A stretch of DNA of 64,000 bases, from positions 1 through 64,000 of the forward strand of contig CAVOUE010000004.1 of NCBI GenBank assembly GCA_963699545.1, in the 5' to 3' direction. This stretch comes from Nitrospirota bacterium (lineage in GTDB: Bacteria > Nitrospirota > Thermodesulfovibrionia > Thermodesulfovibrionales > UBA9159). The notes beneath the pieces were generated by a model. It had not been told where the DNA came from. It saw only the letters and a program-made list of their open reading frames with translations, and did no database searches. Shown piece after piece: positions 1-10,360 of the stretch (its first letter is position 1; each line of letters opens with the position of its first letter). Made by a program: the position numbers and the translations under genes.

Positions 1-483
1 TAAAGCCTTCCCCTTCTCTTTGGGGACACCAATCGGTATGACATTCAGGGGAATGATATTTTCAGGGATGTTTAAAATGTTTCTGACGTTCGCGATTCTC
101 TCCTTGTCGACGTACACCGCTGTCCAGACGGCGCCGAGGCCGAGGGCATGACATGCCAAAAGGATATTTTCACTTGCCGCCGAGCAATCCATTATCCAGT
201 ACTCTTTACTGAACACTTCATCTTTGTCGGGGATACCGCAGACGACAATGGCCGCCCCGGCTTTGTCCAGCATTTTGGCATAGGGAAGTCTGGCGCAGAG
301 TTCATCAAGGGTCTTTCTCTTTGTCACAACAACAAAAGCCCAGGGCTGAATGTTCACTGCTGAAGGTGCTGCCATTGCCGCCCTCAGATATGCTTATGCA
401 GGGCTTTCACGTGAGACTGCTTCTCCGGTAAATGACCTTACACTTCTTCGAGAGTAAATAGTATTGAGTGTTTCATTTTCCAT
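1..483 (-). CDS. Nitroreductase family protein (runs off window; in-frame TAA at 394-396, probably from three compensating 1-bp insertion errors)
   Basis: Manual translation MENETLNTIYSRRSVRSFTGE...AAMAAPSAVNIQPWAFVVV...ENILLACHALGLGAVW; RRSxR and APSAxNxQPW nitroreductase motifs. Confidence 0.85.
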
Positions 484-521
484 ATTGTCCTCCTTAGCAG
501 TATTACCTCTGCTTTAAACGC

Positions 522-1082
522 TCACCTACGGCACTTTCCGGCATTCCATGCCTTGCCGACACATTCACCGATTGACCAAAATCTGTTGTCGGGCATAGTC
601 AAGAGAAAGGGATTAATTTTCTTCACATCGGGCTTGCCTTCAGTAAGAAAACGATCCTCCGAGTAGATATCAATAATTTCAGCAATGAAGAAAGTATTGG
701 TCGGCAGATCAACTGTTTGTATTACCTTGCATTCCATAGAAAGAGGACACAGCTTAATCATAGGAGCGGATTTCAGCTGTCCATAAAAAATCTCAAAGAG
801 TCCGGACTTGTCAACATTTTTACCGGAAACAAGCCCCGTATAATCGGTAATATCCACCATATCAACTGAGGGGACATTTACACTGAATTCACCGGAATTG
901 CGAATTGCCTCATTTGAGGCATGCATCCTGTTTACACAAATACCGAGCATGGCTGGTTGAAAGTTTACCCGTGTAAGCCAATCAAGGGCCATAAAGTTGA
1001 CCTTTCCTTCAAAATGGGTACCGAGAATGGTCTGGGTCCAGGGAAGGCAAAAGAGGTCTTTCTTAATTTTTATTTTCTCCAT
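522..1082 (-). CDS. Flavin reductase family protein (flavoredoxin-like)
   Basis: 186 aa; FSVNVPS...SGKNVDK...APMIKLCPLSMEC flavin-reductase pattern. Confidence 0.85.
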   Translation of the reverse strand: MEKIKIKKDLFCLPWTQTILGTHFEGKVNFMALDWLTRVNFQPAMLGICVNRMHASNEAIRNSGEFSVNVPSVDMVDITDYTGLVSGKNVDKSGLFEIFYGQLKSAPMIKLCPLSMECKVIQTVDLPTNTFFIAEIIDIYSEDRFLTEGKPDVKKINPFLLTMPDNRFWSIGECVGKAWNAGKCRR

Positions 1083-1244
1083 CTGTTCACCCCTTATTCA
1101 AGAATAAATTCCATTCCTAATCAAAAGTATTATATCACCTGTCGCGATCGTTTTTTTTGGGAAGAACTATTTGAAACGGGCGGGCCGTGATAACAGGTTC
1201 TCTTGGAGATTCGCGTTCGGATACCTGCCGTGTCGCAGGGAAAG

Positions 1245-1788
1245 CTATTTCATTCTTGAAGGCAACTTGATCACCTCGCCGGCAACCATAAAGGCGCCTC
1301 TTCCGAGATGATGTATCGTCCGCGGGCCTTTTTTCGAGGGGTCGATCCATGCCTTGAGCACTTCGAGAATGAAGAAATTGTATTTCGTCACCATACGTGC
1401 ATCGACGACCTTGCACTCAAGATTGGCGTAGCACTCATCAATGAGGGGGGCCTTGACGCATGAAGCGGCCGCCGGCGTGAGACCAAAGGTTTTGAACTTG
1501 TCGACCTTGCGTCCCGAGGTGTTCCCGCAGCCCACCACTTTTTCCGCGAGTTCTACAGTCGGAATGTTGATCACGCAGTTCTTGGTCTTCCTTTACTATG
1601 CCGAACGTATAGTTGCGGTTGCTTATCACGCAACCGACTATCGGCGGATCAAAATCGAGCATCGTGTGCCAGGACATGGTCATGATATTCATCTTCAGCT
1701 TGCCGGCGGTCGTGACCATAACGACCGGTCCCGGTTCGAGCAGTCCATAGACCTTAGACAACGGAAAAGATCTCTTCGCCATTTCCAT
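1245..1788 (-). CDS. Flavin reductase family protein, frameshifted near 1590
   Basis: N-half LLEPGPVVMVTT (ORF 1438-1788) and C-half INIPTVELAEKVVGCGNTSG...APLIDECYANLEC (ORF 1245-1574) form one protein. Confidence 0.8.
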
Positions 1789-1827
1789 ACCCCGTGAGTG
1801 ACATCAACTGAATACCGGAAGCCGCCT

Positions 1828-2484
1828 TTATTTTTTGGGATATCCTACCGACTGCGCAAGAATGATCTTTTGGTCAGGCCGTAAGTTCATCGCCTTCGCC
1901 AGGGCTTGCCTGTCAATTGACCCACGCACAACAGTCGCCAATCTTTCGGAAGCACAATACAGATAAACGTTTTGGCTGATAAAACCTGTATCCGCAGCCG
2001 AATAGAGTTCCTTGTCCTCTTTAGGCACATCGCCCATCCTTGAGAAATCCGCTACGTAGATGAGATTGGCAAAAGCCTCCTTTACGAAGTCCTGCCGACC
2101 TGTCAAAGCGCGGATGTCATCTGACATAAGGAGGTTCAATGCCTGACTTTTCGCCTCATACAGATAGAGACCATCAGCAGTGGCAATATAGATATCAATT
2201 TCTTGCCGGTTCACTGCAGAGGGCGCAGTACGCTTTCCCGTGTCCGGGCGATTTATTCCGGACGCAGCCCAAAGGAGATTTGAAAGCACCTGCGCAGATA
2301 ACTTTTCTGTGCTAAATGAACGGGAAGAGCTTCTGTCCTTCAGCACCTGCATGAGAGGTCTGCCGCCATCGACCTGCGGATTTGGGAGCAGGACAAGCTT
2401 GATCTCCCCAGCAAAAATTGAGGCCGCACACACTATTGAAATAACCCATGCCACGGCAGTGATCAGAAGTAACGTTCTTTTCAT
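1828..2484 (-). CDS. SagB/ThcOx-like nitroreductase with N-terminal signal peptide
   Basis: RSSSRSF, LLWAASGINR, RTAPSA, SQNVYLYC motifs; SD AAGGAGG before ATG 2484. Confidence 0.8.
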   Translation of the reverse strand: MKRTLLLITAVAWVISIVCAASIFAGEIKLVLLPNPQVDGGRPLMQVLKDRSSSRSFSTEKLSAQVLSNLLWAASGINRPDTGKRTAPSAVNRQEIDIYIATADGLYLYEAKSQALNLLMSDDIRALTGRQDFVKEAFANLIYVADFSRMGDVPKEDKELYSAADTGFISQNVYLYCASERLATVVRGSIDRQALAKAMNLRPDQKIILAQSVGYPKK

Positions 2485-2565
2485 CACACTCCTCCTTCGG
2501 TCTTTAGAAAAGCCTATCAGCATAAGGTATGAAAGCACAGGGCCTTGGCAGCAAGAGATGCCGCC

Positions 2566-3474
2566 TCAGGCCCGATGTTTGATGAACGTACCTTTTTCGT
2601 ACTCCTCAAAAGCGATCTGCAGTTCCTCCTGAGTGTTCATGACAATGGGACCGTACCATGCGACAGGTTCGCCGATCGGCCTGCCCGAGACGAGAAGAAA
2701 GCGTACCGATGTGTCTTCCGTCTTGATCGCCACCTGGTCACCGGCGCGTTCATACAGGACAAGGGTCTCGCTGCTGAATCTGCAGTCTCTCTTAAAGTCG
2801 AAATAATTGATACCGGTCACTTCATGGGCAAATGGGTTGCGCATTTCGTCAAAATACGCGCTTCCCTCGACGACATAGGCAAAAACGGTATGCCCGGAAG
2901 GGACCGGATGCGTGAACGTCGTCCCTGCCGGCACAGACACGTCAAGATATTCCGGATCGGTGACAATGTCCCTGACAGGGCCGCCGACGCCGTCGACGTT
3001 CCCGCAGATAACTCTGATCGTTGCTCCCGAGGCCAGTGTCTTCCCGGGAATCTGAGCACTTTTCACCTCACGGTAGCGTGGATCCATCATCTTGTACTTC
3101 GCCGGCAGATTCGCCCAGAGCTGGAACCCCCAGAGCAGCGTATCCTTTCTCCCCTTTGGCATCTCCTGGTGGATGATGCCGCTTCCCGCCGTCATCCACT
3201 GCACATCTCCGGGAGATATGATCCCGCTGTTTCCCATGCTGTCACCATGTTCGACCGTGCCATGAAGCACGTACGTGATGGTCTCGATTCCCCGGTGGGG
3301 GTGCCAGGGAAAGCCGGCGATATAATGGGCGGGGTTATCGGAATGAAAGTCATCAAGCAGGAGGAAGGGATCGAGTTGAGGGACCTGGTAGTTGCCAAAG
3401 GCACGCTTGAGATGGACGCCGGCCCCTTCGATCGTCGGCGTGCTCTTCCATACCTTTCTTATCTTTCTCACCAT
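2566..3474 (-). CDS. Pirin family protein
   Basis: DPFLLLD, HPHRGIETITY, QWMTAGSGIIHQE, GPIVMNT pirin motifs. Confidence 0.95.
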   Translation of the reverse strand: MVRKIRKVWKSTPTIEGAGVHLKRAFGNYQVPQLDPFLLLDDFHSDNPAHYIAGFPWHPHRGIETITYVLHGTVEHGDSMGNSGIISPGDVQWMTAGSGIIHQEMPKGRKDTLLWGFQLWANLPAKYKMMDPRYREVKSAQIPGKTLASGATIRVICGNVDGVGGPVRDIVTDPEYLDVSVPAGTTFTHPVPSGHTVFAYVVEGSAYFDEMRNPFAHEVTGINYFDFKRDCRFSSETLVLYERAGDQVAIKTEDTSVRFLLVSGRPIGEPVAWYGPIVMNTQEELQIAFEEYEKGTFIKHRA

Positions 3475-3638
3475 GGCGTTGCCCTCCTTAAGAAAATGCC
3501 ACCCTCTTTCCTTATAGTCTATCAGCTTTCACGCCATATCCGAACCTGTCGACCTGCAGGTGCAACGCAGAGAGAGGCATTCAGTGGCGCGGTCAGAAAA
3601 GGAGCATGATGCGGCCAGCTATGAACTTCTCTCCCTGC

Positions 3639-4790
3639 TCAGAAATGTTCATCTTCCTCTTCGGCCGGTCTCTCGGTCCTCTGGAGCCTCTTCCCCCGTT
3701 CCCAGGCACTCGTCTCCCAGTTGTCTCTCCTGGTCGATCCCGGAACCCATGGAGGAACAGCCAGCCGGAAATGGTGAGAGAGGGCATTCACGTAGGGTTC
3801 ATACATCTGGCGAAGTTCAGACAGTTCCTTGTCCGCCTCATCCCCTTCACGCAGGGGCAGGCCGGCTGAAGCCAGGACTGTGCGTAACCCAGTCAGTTCT
3901 TCAGGGGTCAGGCGCTCTCTCTTCGATTTGACAGGGGCGCGTCCAAAAATGAGGGAGATGTCAACGACGGCGTGCCGTGCCATCGCGAAGGTGAGCATCG
4001 CCTGGCGTGCACATGAACCTTCCATATGCGACATGACGAAGGCACTTGTATCGAGGATGGCAGTGATCGCGGCAAGCCACGACTGGTTATCATGGTGAGA
4101 ACGGAAATAGGCGAGCACCGGATACGAGAGATGGCTTTCGAGCAACTCTGCAGCCCAGCGCTCCCACTCGCTGAGATGCTGCAGGAGCGTCTCCATATTG
4201 TCTGCATCATGGCAGCGTCTCCGTAACATCTCGGCAGCGGTGGGCGGCGATCCGGCACGTGCATCGAGAAGGGAGATGTTCACCTCCCGCCTGGAGATAG
4301 ATTGATTGAGGGCAGGAAGATAAGCGACAAGAAGCGCGAGAAAACCAAATCCGAGTCCTGCTTCAACCGCGGTAAACACTCGTGCAAGCGGAGCGACAGG
4401 GGTAACGTCTCCAAGCCCGAGGGTGAAAAAAGTCGTGGCGCTCAGATACAGGTCTGTAGTGAAACCGGCAGTCCCTTCAGGTGTTTTGATCGGAGAGCCG
4501 GATGCCCAGTGCAGAAGCGCAAAACCCACGATCAATCCAAAGGCCCAGATACTGAGCAGGAGGAGCAAAGAAAGTGGTCCGAAATAACTGAGAAAGGTTT
4601 CCTGACGCCCACCCTTGGATATCGAACGGAAAACTGCCGACCAAATTCGCCAGGCGTTTCTGTAGAAGAAACGGGTGAAACGATACTTGCGGGTCACACG
4701 ACGGGGCAGCAATATTACCTCGAACGCTTCCCAGAGAACAAGGAAAATAAGGGCAATACCGGGGATGGACAAGAGAATCGGCATCTTCAC
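3639..4790 (-). CDS. Potassium channel family (Ion_trans_2) membrane protein
   Basis: TM helices flanking pore motif TFFTLGLGD; conserved ESHLSYPVLAYFRS region. Confidence 0.8.
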   Translation of the reverse strand: MKMPILLSIPGIALIFLVLWEAFEVILLPRRVTRKYRFTRFFYRNAWRIWSAVFRSISKGGRQETFLSYFGPLSLLLLLSIWAFGLIVGFALLHWASGSPIKTPEGTAGFTTDLYLSATTFFTLGLGDVTPVAPLARVFTAVEAGLGFGFLALLVAYLPALNQSISRREVNISLLDARAGSPPTAAEMLRRRCHDADNMETLLQHLSEWERWAAELLESHLSYPVLAYFRSHHDNQSWLAAITAILDTSAFVMSHMEGSCARQAMLTFAMARHAVVDISLIFGRAPVKSKRERLTPEELTGLRTVLASAGLPLREGDEADKELSELRQMYEPYVNALSHHFRLAVPPWVPGSTRRDNWETSAWERGKRLQRTERPAEEEDEHF

Positions 4791-4892
4791 CTCATTCAGT
4801 ATTTGATCCGCAGTGTATTCAGTATATCACAGGCCTCAACTGCACGGGGTATGCACAGCGAGAACCGGCCGGAAAAGAACAGTTTTTCCCGG

Positions 4893-5915
4893 TCACCCCG
4901 TGCGGTCGGCGCAGGCAAGGAATTCCTTTACATTGTGCAAAGGGGTGTCGGGAGGCAGGTCGCACGAGGGCATCAGGATGTAGTTGCGGTGGGGGTCGGG
5001 AATCCCGGCAACACACGCGGAAACCGCTTTGCATAGGTGGGCAGGGTCCCCGCCGAAGATCGAGTTGATCACATCCACGTTCCCTGCAATAACGAGCCGG
5101 TCGTGGTAGATCCCGTACACTTCGCCGAGGGACACACTGGCATCGACCGATATGCAGTTAGCACCTGTTTCGGCATAGAGCGCAAGCTGGGAGCGGATAT
5201 CCCCGCATTGGTGGAGGAGGGTTGCAAGGCCGCGCTCTCTGGCCAATTCAAGGAGGTTCCTTTCGCAGGGAAGGACCACCTCACGGTAGAGGTCAACGGG
5301 GATCAGCGTCGCAGCCCCATCAGGTATCGCGATGCCGTCGATGAGTCGCCGTTCGATGAGAGGCTCGAAGAGTGCGATGGAGAGGCGGACGCCAAGCTCG
5401 CATACCTCCCGGATAAATGTCCTGTCCGACACCGTTTTCTCCCGGAGGAGGTTCCAGTCGCAGAGGATCATGGCCCAGGCAAAAGGTCCCCAGGAAGTGG
5501 CGCAGAGAAAGCGGTCGGTAAGACGCTCCCTCATACGGGCGATCATTTCGACCAGCCACAGGGTATGGGGGGAGTGGGAGATATCCACGTTCTCAAGGCA
5601 GCGCGCGTCCTCGGTCTTCTGGATAAGGGGAAAAGAGAGGAGAGGGGCCTGCTCCCCGTCGAAGGCGAGTTCGCCTCCTATTGCCTCGGCCGGAAAGGTG
5701 TTAAGACCCGATCCGGGGAAAACAATATCGGTATCCAGCTCCGCGAAAAAACCTGCAAGGGTCTCCCCAAAGCGGACCGGATCGTGAACGAGGTCCCCGA
5801 TCTTCAGGCCGGTCTGCCGGTATGCCCAGCGCCCCGCCCCGAATAACGCACGGGGGAGACGCTCGCTGCGCTTACCCTGCAAAACCCGCCTGATAGATTC
5901 CCGCCTGTCCATCAA
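4893..5915 (-). CDS. URO-D / MtaA-CmuA family protein
   Basis: GPF motif, LHQCGD, IAGNVD, ILMPSCDLPPDTP; HxC...C Zn ligands. Confidence 0.8.
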   Translation of the reverse strand: MMDRRESIRRVLQGKRSERLPRALFGAGRWAYRQTGLKIGDLVHDPVRFGETLAGFFAELDTDIVFPGSGLNTFPAEAIGGELAFDGEQAPLLSFPLIQKTEDARCLENVDISHSPHTLWLVEMIARMRERLTDRFLCATSWGPFAWAMILCDWNLLREKTVSDRTFIREVCELGVRLSIALFEPLIERRLIDGIAIPDGAATLIPVDLYREVVLPCERNLLELARERGLATLLHQCGDIRSQLALYAETGANCISVDASVSLGEVYGIYHDRLVIAGNVDVINSIFGGDPAHLCKAVSACVAGIPDPHRNYILMPSCDLPPDTPLHNVKEFLACADRTG

Positions 5916-6059
5916 CGCCTCAATTCACCGTGCATACTGAGCACCCGACCGGTTTTTGCTCAGTATACCATAGGAGAGAATGTCAGGCAGCAGGCCCGGG
6001 GGATGACGTGTGTGCCAAAAGGTTAATAATTCTCTGGATAGTATGGTAAAATCTCTATC

Positions 6060-6482
6060 ATGGAGCGGCAGAGGGTGATCCTGAGATGTCTTGACGGAAG
6101 GCTTATCAAGGGTTTTATTGGTGATTTCTCGGTGTCAGACGAAGTCGTCACCCTTGAAGATGAGGTACTGCAGTCGCACACGTTCAGAGTGGATGAGCTC
6201 AAGGCTATTTTTTTTGTAAGGACATTCGAAGGGAACAGGAACCATTCCGAAAGGAAGACCTTCAGCGACCCTGTTTCCCTCGGGAAGAGGGTGTTTGTGA
6301 AATTCAAGGACGGCGAGTCCATGATTGGATATATTGAAGGCGGCGTACCGTGGGAGAAAGGCTTCTTCCTCGAACCAAAGAAGGGCCCGGGGTTCTTCCT
6401 CATCCCCGTTGATGTCGAAAGCAATAATAGTAAAGTGTTTGTTGTGGCTTCCTCTGTCTGGGACGTCACCGTGATGGGATGA
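6060..6482 (+). CDS. Conserved hypothetical protein (DUF6982-like)
   Basis: DGRLIKG, LKAIFFVRTFEGN, VKFKDGE, GFFLIPVD..SNN pattern. Confidence 0.65.
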   Translation: MERQRVILRCLDGRLIKGFIGDFSVSDEVVTLEDEVLQSHTFRVDELKAIFFVRTFEGNRNHSERKTFSDPVSLGKRVFVKFKDGESMIGYIEGGVPWEKGFFLEPKKGPGFFLIPVDVESNNSKVFVVASSVWDVTVMG

Positions 6483-7144
6483 GAAGAAAGCGTTCCTGCT
6501 CAACTTTCTTTCTTGTTGTCATTTCTGTCGCCGCTCTCTTGACGGAAACGCCTGTCAGGGGGGCATCCGGCGCTGACTTTACCGTCGAGACCATCCAGAA
6601 GGCTTACGAGAACATCGAGGACATAAAGGGAAATTTCATCCAGAAAAGCACGATCAAGGACCTCAAGAGGACCGACACATACAAGGGTTCACTTCTGATG
6701 AAGGTTCCTTCGAAGATGAGATGGCAGTATCACGGCGACGATAAACAGGACACAGAGGTGATCATCAATGGTGATGAGATGATCATTTACCAGAAGAGTG
6801 AGAAACAGGCCTTCAGGGGCACGTTCAACCGGGAAAGTTATGGTCATGCCCCCATAGCATTGCTGGGGGGCTTCGGCGACATCGAAGACGAATTCGAGGT
6901 GTCGCCGCAGGAGGGAAAACTCCTGCTTAAGCCAAAGAGAGGCATGGGCGGTGTGGTGTCCATAGAGGTCACGCCCTCGGGTGGAGACTTTCCGATACGT
7001 TCATTGACGATCATAGACAAACGCTCCAACAGGATCGATATTACCTTCAAAGATGTTGTCCTCAACTCCCATATCAAAGACTCTTCATTCAGTTTCTCCG
7101 TCCCGGAAGGGGTAAGCGTTTACGAGTATACCAGGCCGCAGTAA
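6479..7144 (+). CDS. lolA: Outer-membrane lipoprotein carrier protein LolA
   Basis: Signal peptide; F.Q...G.L.MK.P.KMRWQY; C-terminal FSFSVPEGV. Confidence 0.85.
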   Translation: MRRKRSCSTFFLVVISVAALLTETPVRGASGADFTVETIQKAYENIEDIKGNFIQKSTIKDLKRTDTYKGSLLMKVPSKMRWQYHGDDKQDTEVIINGDEMIIYQKSEKQAFRGTFNRESYGHAPIALLGGFGDIEDEFEVSPQEGKLLLKPKRGMGGVVSIEVTPSGGDFPIRSLTIIDKRSNRIDITFKDVVLNSHIKDSSFSFSVPEGVSVYEYTRPQ

Positions 7145-7147
7145 CTC

Positions 7148-8205
7148 ATGCTGATCCTGGGTATCGACACCTCATGCGACGACACCTCAGCCTCCGTGGT
7201 GGAGGACGGGAAGACGGATACTCTCCAACATCGTCTCGAGCCAGGACAGCATTCACAGGAAATACGGCGGGATCGTTCCGGAGCTGGCCTCCCGCAGGCA
7301 TATTGAGATGATATGGCCTGTGGTGGACGAGGCGCTGAAATCAGCGCATGCGAAGCTGGAAGAGCTGGCCGCTGTCGCGGTATGCTACGGACCGGGTCTC
7401 ATCGGTTCTCTCCTGGTGGGATGTTCCTTTGCAAAGTCCGTCTGCTTCTCCAGAGGCATTCCCCTTGTCCCGGTAAACCATCTCGAAGGTCACATTTACT
7501 CCTCTTTTCTTGAGGAAACGGGTCCTCCGGGAGAGACGTCTTTCTCACACGCCCCGGATTTTCCGTTCATCTCCCTCATCGTATCAGGCGGGCACACAAG
7601 TTTGTACCGGGTGGACGGGTTTGGCAGGTACACAGAACTGGGCCGGACACGGGACGACGCGGCAGGGGAGGCATATGACAAAGTATCGAAACTTCTCGGG
7701 TCTTGGGTATCCGGGAGGTCCCGTCATCGACAGGCTTGCTTACGAGGGAAACCCGGTTGCAATCGATTTTCCAAGGGCGTATCTGCCCGATGGGCTTGAT
7801 TTCAGTTTCAGCGGGCTCAAGACAGCCGTATCGAACTTCCTGAGGAGGGGAGCGGGCGCTCAGCAGGCAAAGTCCGAAATCCGGAATCTTGACCCGGGAG
7901 CCGTCAGGGACGTCTGCGCCAGTTTTCAGCAGGCGGTGGTCGATGTCCTCGTAAGGAAGACAGAATGGGCCGTAAGGAAGGAAAACATAAAAAGGGTGGC
8001 GGTATCGGGAGGCGTGGGAGCGAACACTGCTTTGAGGAGGGAGTTGGCCGGGATGGCGGAGAAGGACGGGCTGAAGGTGTTCATCCCGCCCGTGGCTCTC
8101 TGCACCGACAACGCCGCCATGATCGCTGCTGCGGGGTATCACCATCTCATCTCCCGCGATATCGCGACCATGGACCTGAATCCGGCCGCGTATCTTCCGC
8201 TCTAA
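7148..8205 (+). CDS. tsaD: tRNA N6-adenosine threonylcarbamoyltransferase TsaD, frameshifts near 7210 and 7700
   Basis: MLILGIDTSCDDT, YGGIVPELASRRH, VNHLEGH, VSGGHT, DFSFSGLKT, CTDNAAMI spread over three frames. Confidence 0.93.
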
Positions 8206-8229
8206 ACCGAGACAGCAGGGATGACGCAA

Positions 8230-8266
8230 GGAGAGCCAAAGGCTTCTTTGTGGACTTTGGCTCTCC
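8230..8266. terminator. Stem-loop downstream of tsaD
   Basis: 12-bp inverted repeat ggagagccaaag / ctttggctctcc; no clear U-tract. Confidence 0.45.
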
Positions 8267-8320
8267 CCTGTCCGGACAGGAAAGTGTTTTTGGCGGGCCT
8301 TTTTCTGGTATTATAGACCG

Positions 8321-10360
8321 ATGAAAGGGTATGTCATTATCATCGGAATTCTGGTCCTCGTTGTCTCCGCCCTTATCACTCTGAACATCTTTTTCCAGCA
8401 GACCCTGCAGATGGAGATGGCCGAGCAATTCAACAAGCAGCAACTGCTCCTGGCAAGTGCAGAAGCGGCCAATATCCAGTCGTATGTCAACGGCCTCAAG
8501 GACGAGCTGTCGCATATCTCTGTAGTCGTGTCAGGGCTGAAAGTGAGGGAGAAGCGGGATTTCTCCCGTCTCGTGACCGAGTTTTTCAAGGGAAAAGACA
8601 AGATCAAGACCGATATCGCCTTTTTTGACGCCGCGGGGGTCCTTCTTTTCTCCAAAGGCGATGTGGCCCCGGGTAAGTCTCAAGTCGGGGTGATATTGGA
8701 GAAGGCAAAGGGATTATGTCCTGAGAGCATGCTGATCGAACAGGACAGCACAAGGCTCCAGATCGCTGCGCCGGTGTGCCGGGAGAACTCTTTTGAAGGT
8801 GCGGTCATCCTTTCCCTCGGCATCCAGGATGTTGCCCAGGAATTTCTCAGTCCCATCAAATCCGGCTCACGGGGGTATGCGTGGATGATGGACGGCAAGG
8901 GTGACCTCCTCTTCCATCCCACACAGCCCGGCATGGTGGGCAAGAATCTCTATAAAACAGACGCGTCATGTTTTAAGTGCCACATGAGCTTTGACGTGGA
9001 GAAGAAGATCATAGAAGGGAAGGGCGACTATTTCGGAAGGCAGGTCGCTCCATCGGGAGAGGACAAGGTCCTTGCCTTCTCCTCCGCGTCCATCGGGGAT
9101 TCGAGGTGGATCGTGGCGGTATCAGCGCCCTATTCTGAGGTCACCAGGACCATCCAGAGGTCCATGAAGTTCTATTCCTGGCTCATCATATGCATCTTTA
9201 TCACCACAAGCATCGTATCGGTGATGCTGATATTCTTTTACCGGAAGAGGGCCAGGGCCGAGGAACTGGAGAAACACCAGAAGGAACTGGAGAAATATGC
9301 CGAGGACCTGGAGCGGAAGGTGAACAAGAGAACGGAAGAACTCTCGACCGAGAAGGAAAAGCTCAACACGATCGTGAGCGCCATAGGGAGCGGTATCATC
9401 CTCCTTGACATGAGCGGCCGGATACAATGGATAAACCAGACCATGCAGGAGATCGCGGGAAAGGACATTACAGGGATATTCTGTGAAGAGATCTGCGCCG
9501 ACTGCACCGTTGTCGGTTCCTACGCGGTGGACGACATGCAGACCGAGATACTCCAGAACCTTTTTGGCATGAAGGACAAGTATTTCCAGGTGACCACTGC
9601 GCCGGTCCAGGGAACGGACGGCTCGGTACACGGCTATATCAGGCTGGTGCAGGATGTGACGGAACTGAAGAAGATGGAGGAGCAGATGATGCACTCCGAG
9701 AAACTGGCGTCTCTGGGCAGGCTCACCGCCGGCATTACCCATGAGATCGGGAACCCTCTCACGTCCGTCTTCTCATTCGTTCAGATCCTCAAGGAGATGG
9801 AGCAGGATGGGTTCAAGAAAGAGAGCCTCGAGACCATCTATTTCCATATCAGCAGGATCGCCGATATCCTGAAGCAGCTTTCCGGGTTTTCGAAGACGCC
9901 TCCTGTGGAGCTCAAGCCGTGGAAGGTGAACAGTCTCATCGAATCTTCCCTCTCCCTGATCCAGTATGACAAGAGGGCAAAGGACATCACCATTGTAAGG
10001 GACCTCTCGGCGGACATGCCCGAGATCACTACGGACGGGAACCAGCTTTCTCAGGTCATTGTGAACATAATATTAAATGCGGTTGATGCGATGCCTGCCG
10101 GCGGAACATTGACCATCAGGAGCAGGGTAAGGGATAACCACATCATGATGATTTTTGAGGACACGGGCATTGGCATTTCGAAGGAGAACATCAGCCGGAT
10201 ATTCGACCCGTTCTTCACCACCAAGGAAAAGGGAACAGGACTGGGGCTTGCGGTCAGTTACAGCATCATCAAGAAACTGAACGGGAGTCTCGGTGTGGAA
10301 AGCGAAATGAACAAGGGCTCGAAGTTCGTGATAACCCTGCCCATGAATGGAGCGAAATGA
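8321..10360 (+). CDS. Sensor histidine kinase (Cache domain with c-type heme motif, PAS, HisKA, HATPase)
   Basis: Two TMs; CFKCH in periplasmic part; HEIGNPL H-box; DTGIGI, FDPFFTTK, GTGLGL. Confidence 0.92.
   Translation: MKGYVIIIGILVLVVSALITLNIFFQQTLQMEMAEQFNKQQLLLASAEAANIQSYVNGLKDELSHISVVVSGLKVREKRDFSRLVTEFFKGKDKIKTDIAFFDAAGVLLFSKGDVAPGKSQVGVILEKAKGLCPESMLIEQDSTRLQIAAPVCRENSFEGAVILSLGIQDVAQEFLSPIKSGSRGYAWMMDGKGDLLFHPTQPGMVGKNLYKTDASCFKCHMSFDVEKKIIEGKGDYFGRQVAPSGEDKVLAFSSASIGDSRWIVAVSAPYSEVTRTIQRSMKFYSWLIICIFITTSIVSVMLIFFYRKRARAEELEKHQKELEKYAEDLERKVNKRTEELSTEKEKLNTIVSAIGSGIILLDMSGRIQWINQTMQEIAGKDITGIFCEEICADCTVVGSYAVDDMQTEILQNLFGMKDKYFQVTTAPVQGTDGSVHGYIRLVQDVTELKKMEEQMMHSEKLASLGRLTAGITHEIGNPLTSVFSFVQILKEMEQDGFKKESLETIYFHISRIADILKQLSGFSKTPPVELKPWKVNSLIESSLSLIQYDKRAKDITIVRDLSADMPEITTDGNQLSQVIVNIILNAVDAMPAGGTLTIRSRVRDNHIMMIFEDTGIGISKENISRIFDPFFTTKEKGTGLGLAVSYSIIKKLNGSLGVESEMNKGSKFVITLPMNGAK

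Noticed and set aside
394-396. Recoded stop (Sec/Pyl) in the nitroreductase
   Set aside because: The codon is TAA, and removing three local single-base insertions restores a plausible EALHKIL reading
2545-3609. Long antisense ORFs (e.g. 2545-3609, 5037-5846, 38115-38948, 41236-42108, 59368-60213)
   Set aside because: Shadow ORFs opposite well-supported genes in GC-rich DNA, with no recognisable motifs
7148-8205. Programmed frameshifting or pseudogenisation of tsaD, argH and uppP
   Set aside because: No shared slippery motif; scattered indels in housekeeping genes fit consensus errors
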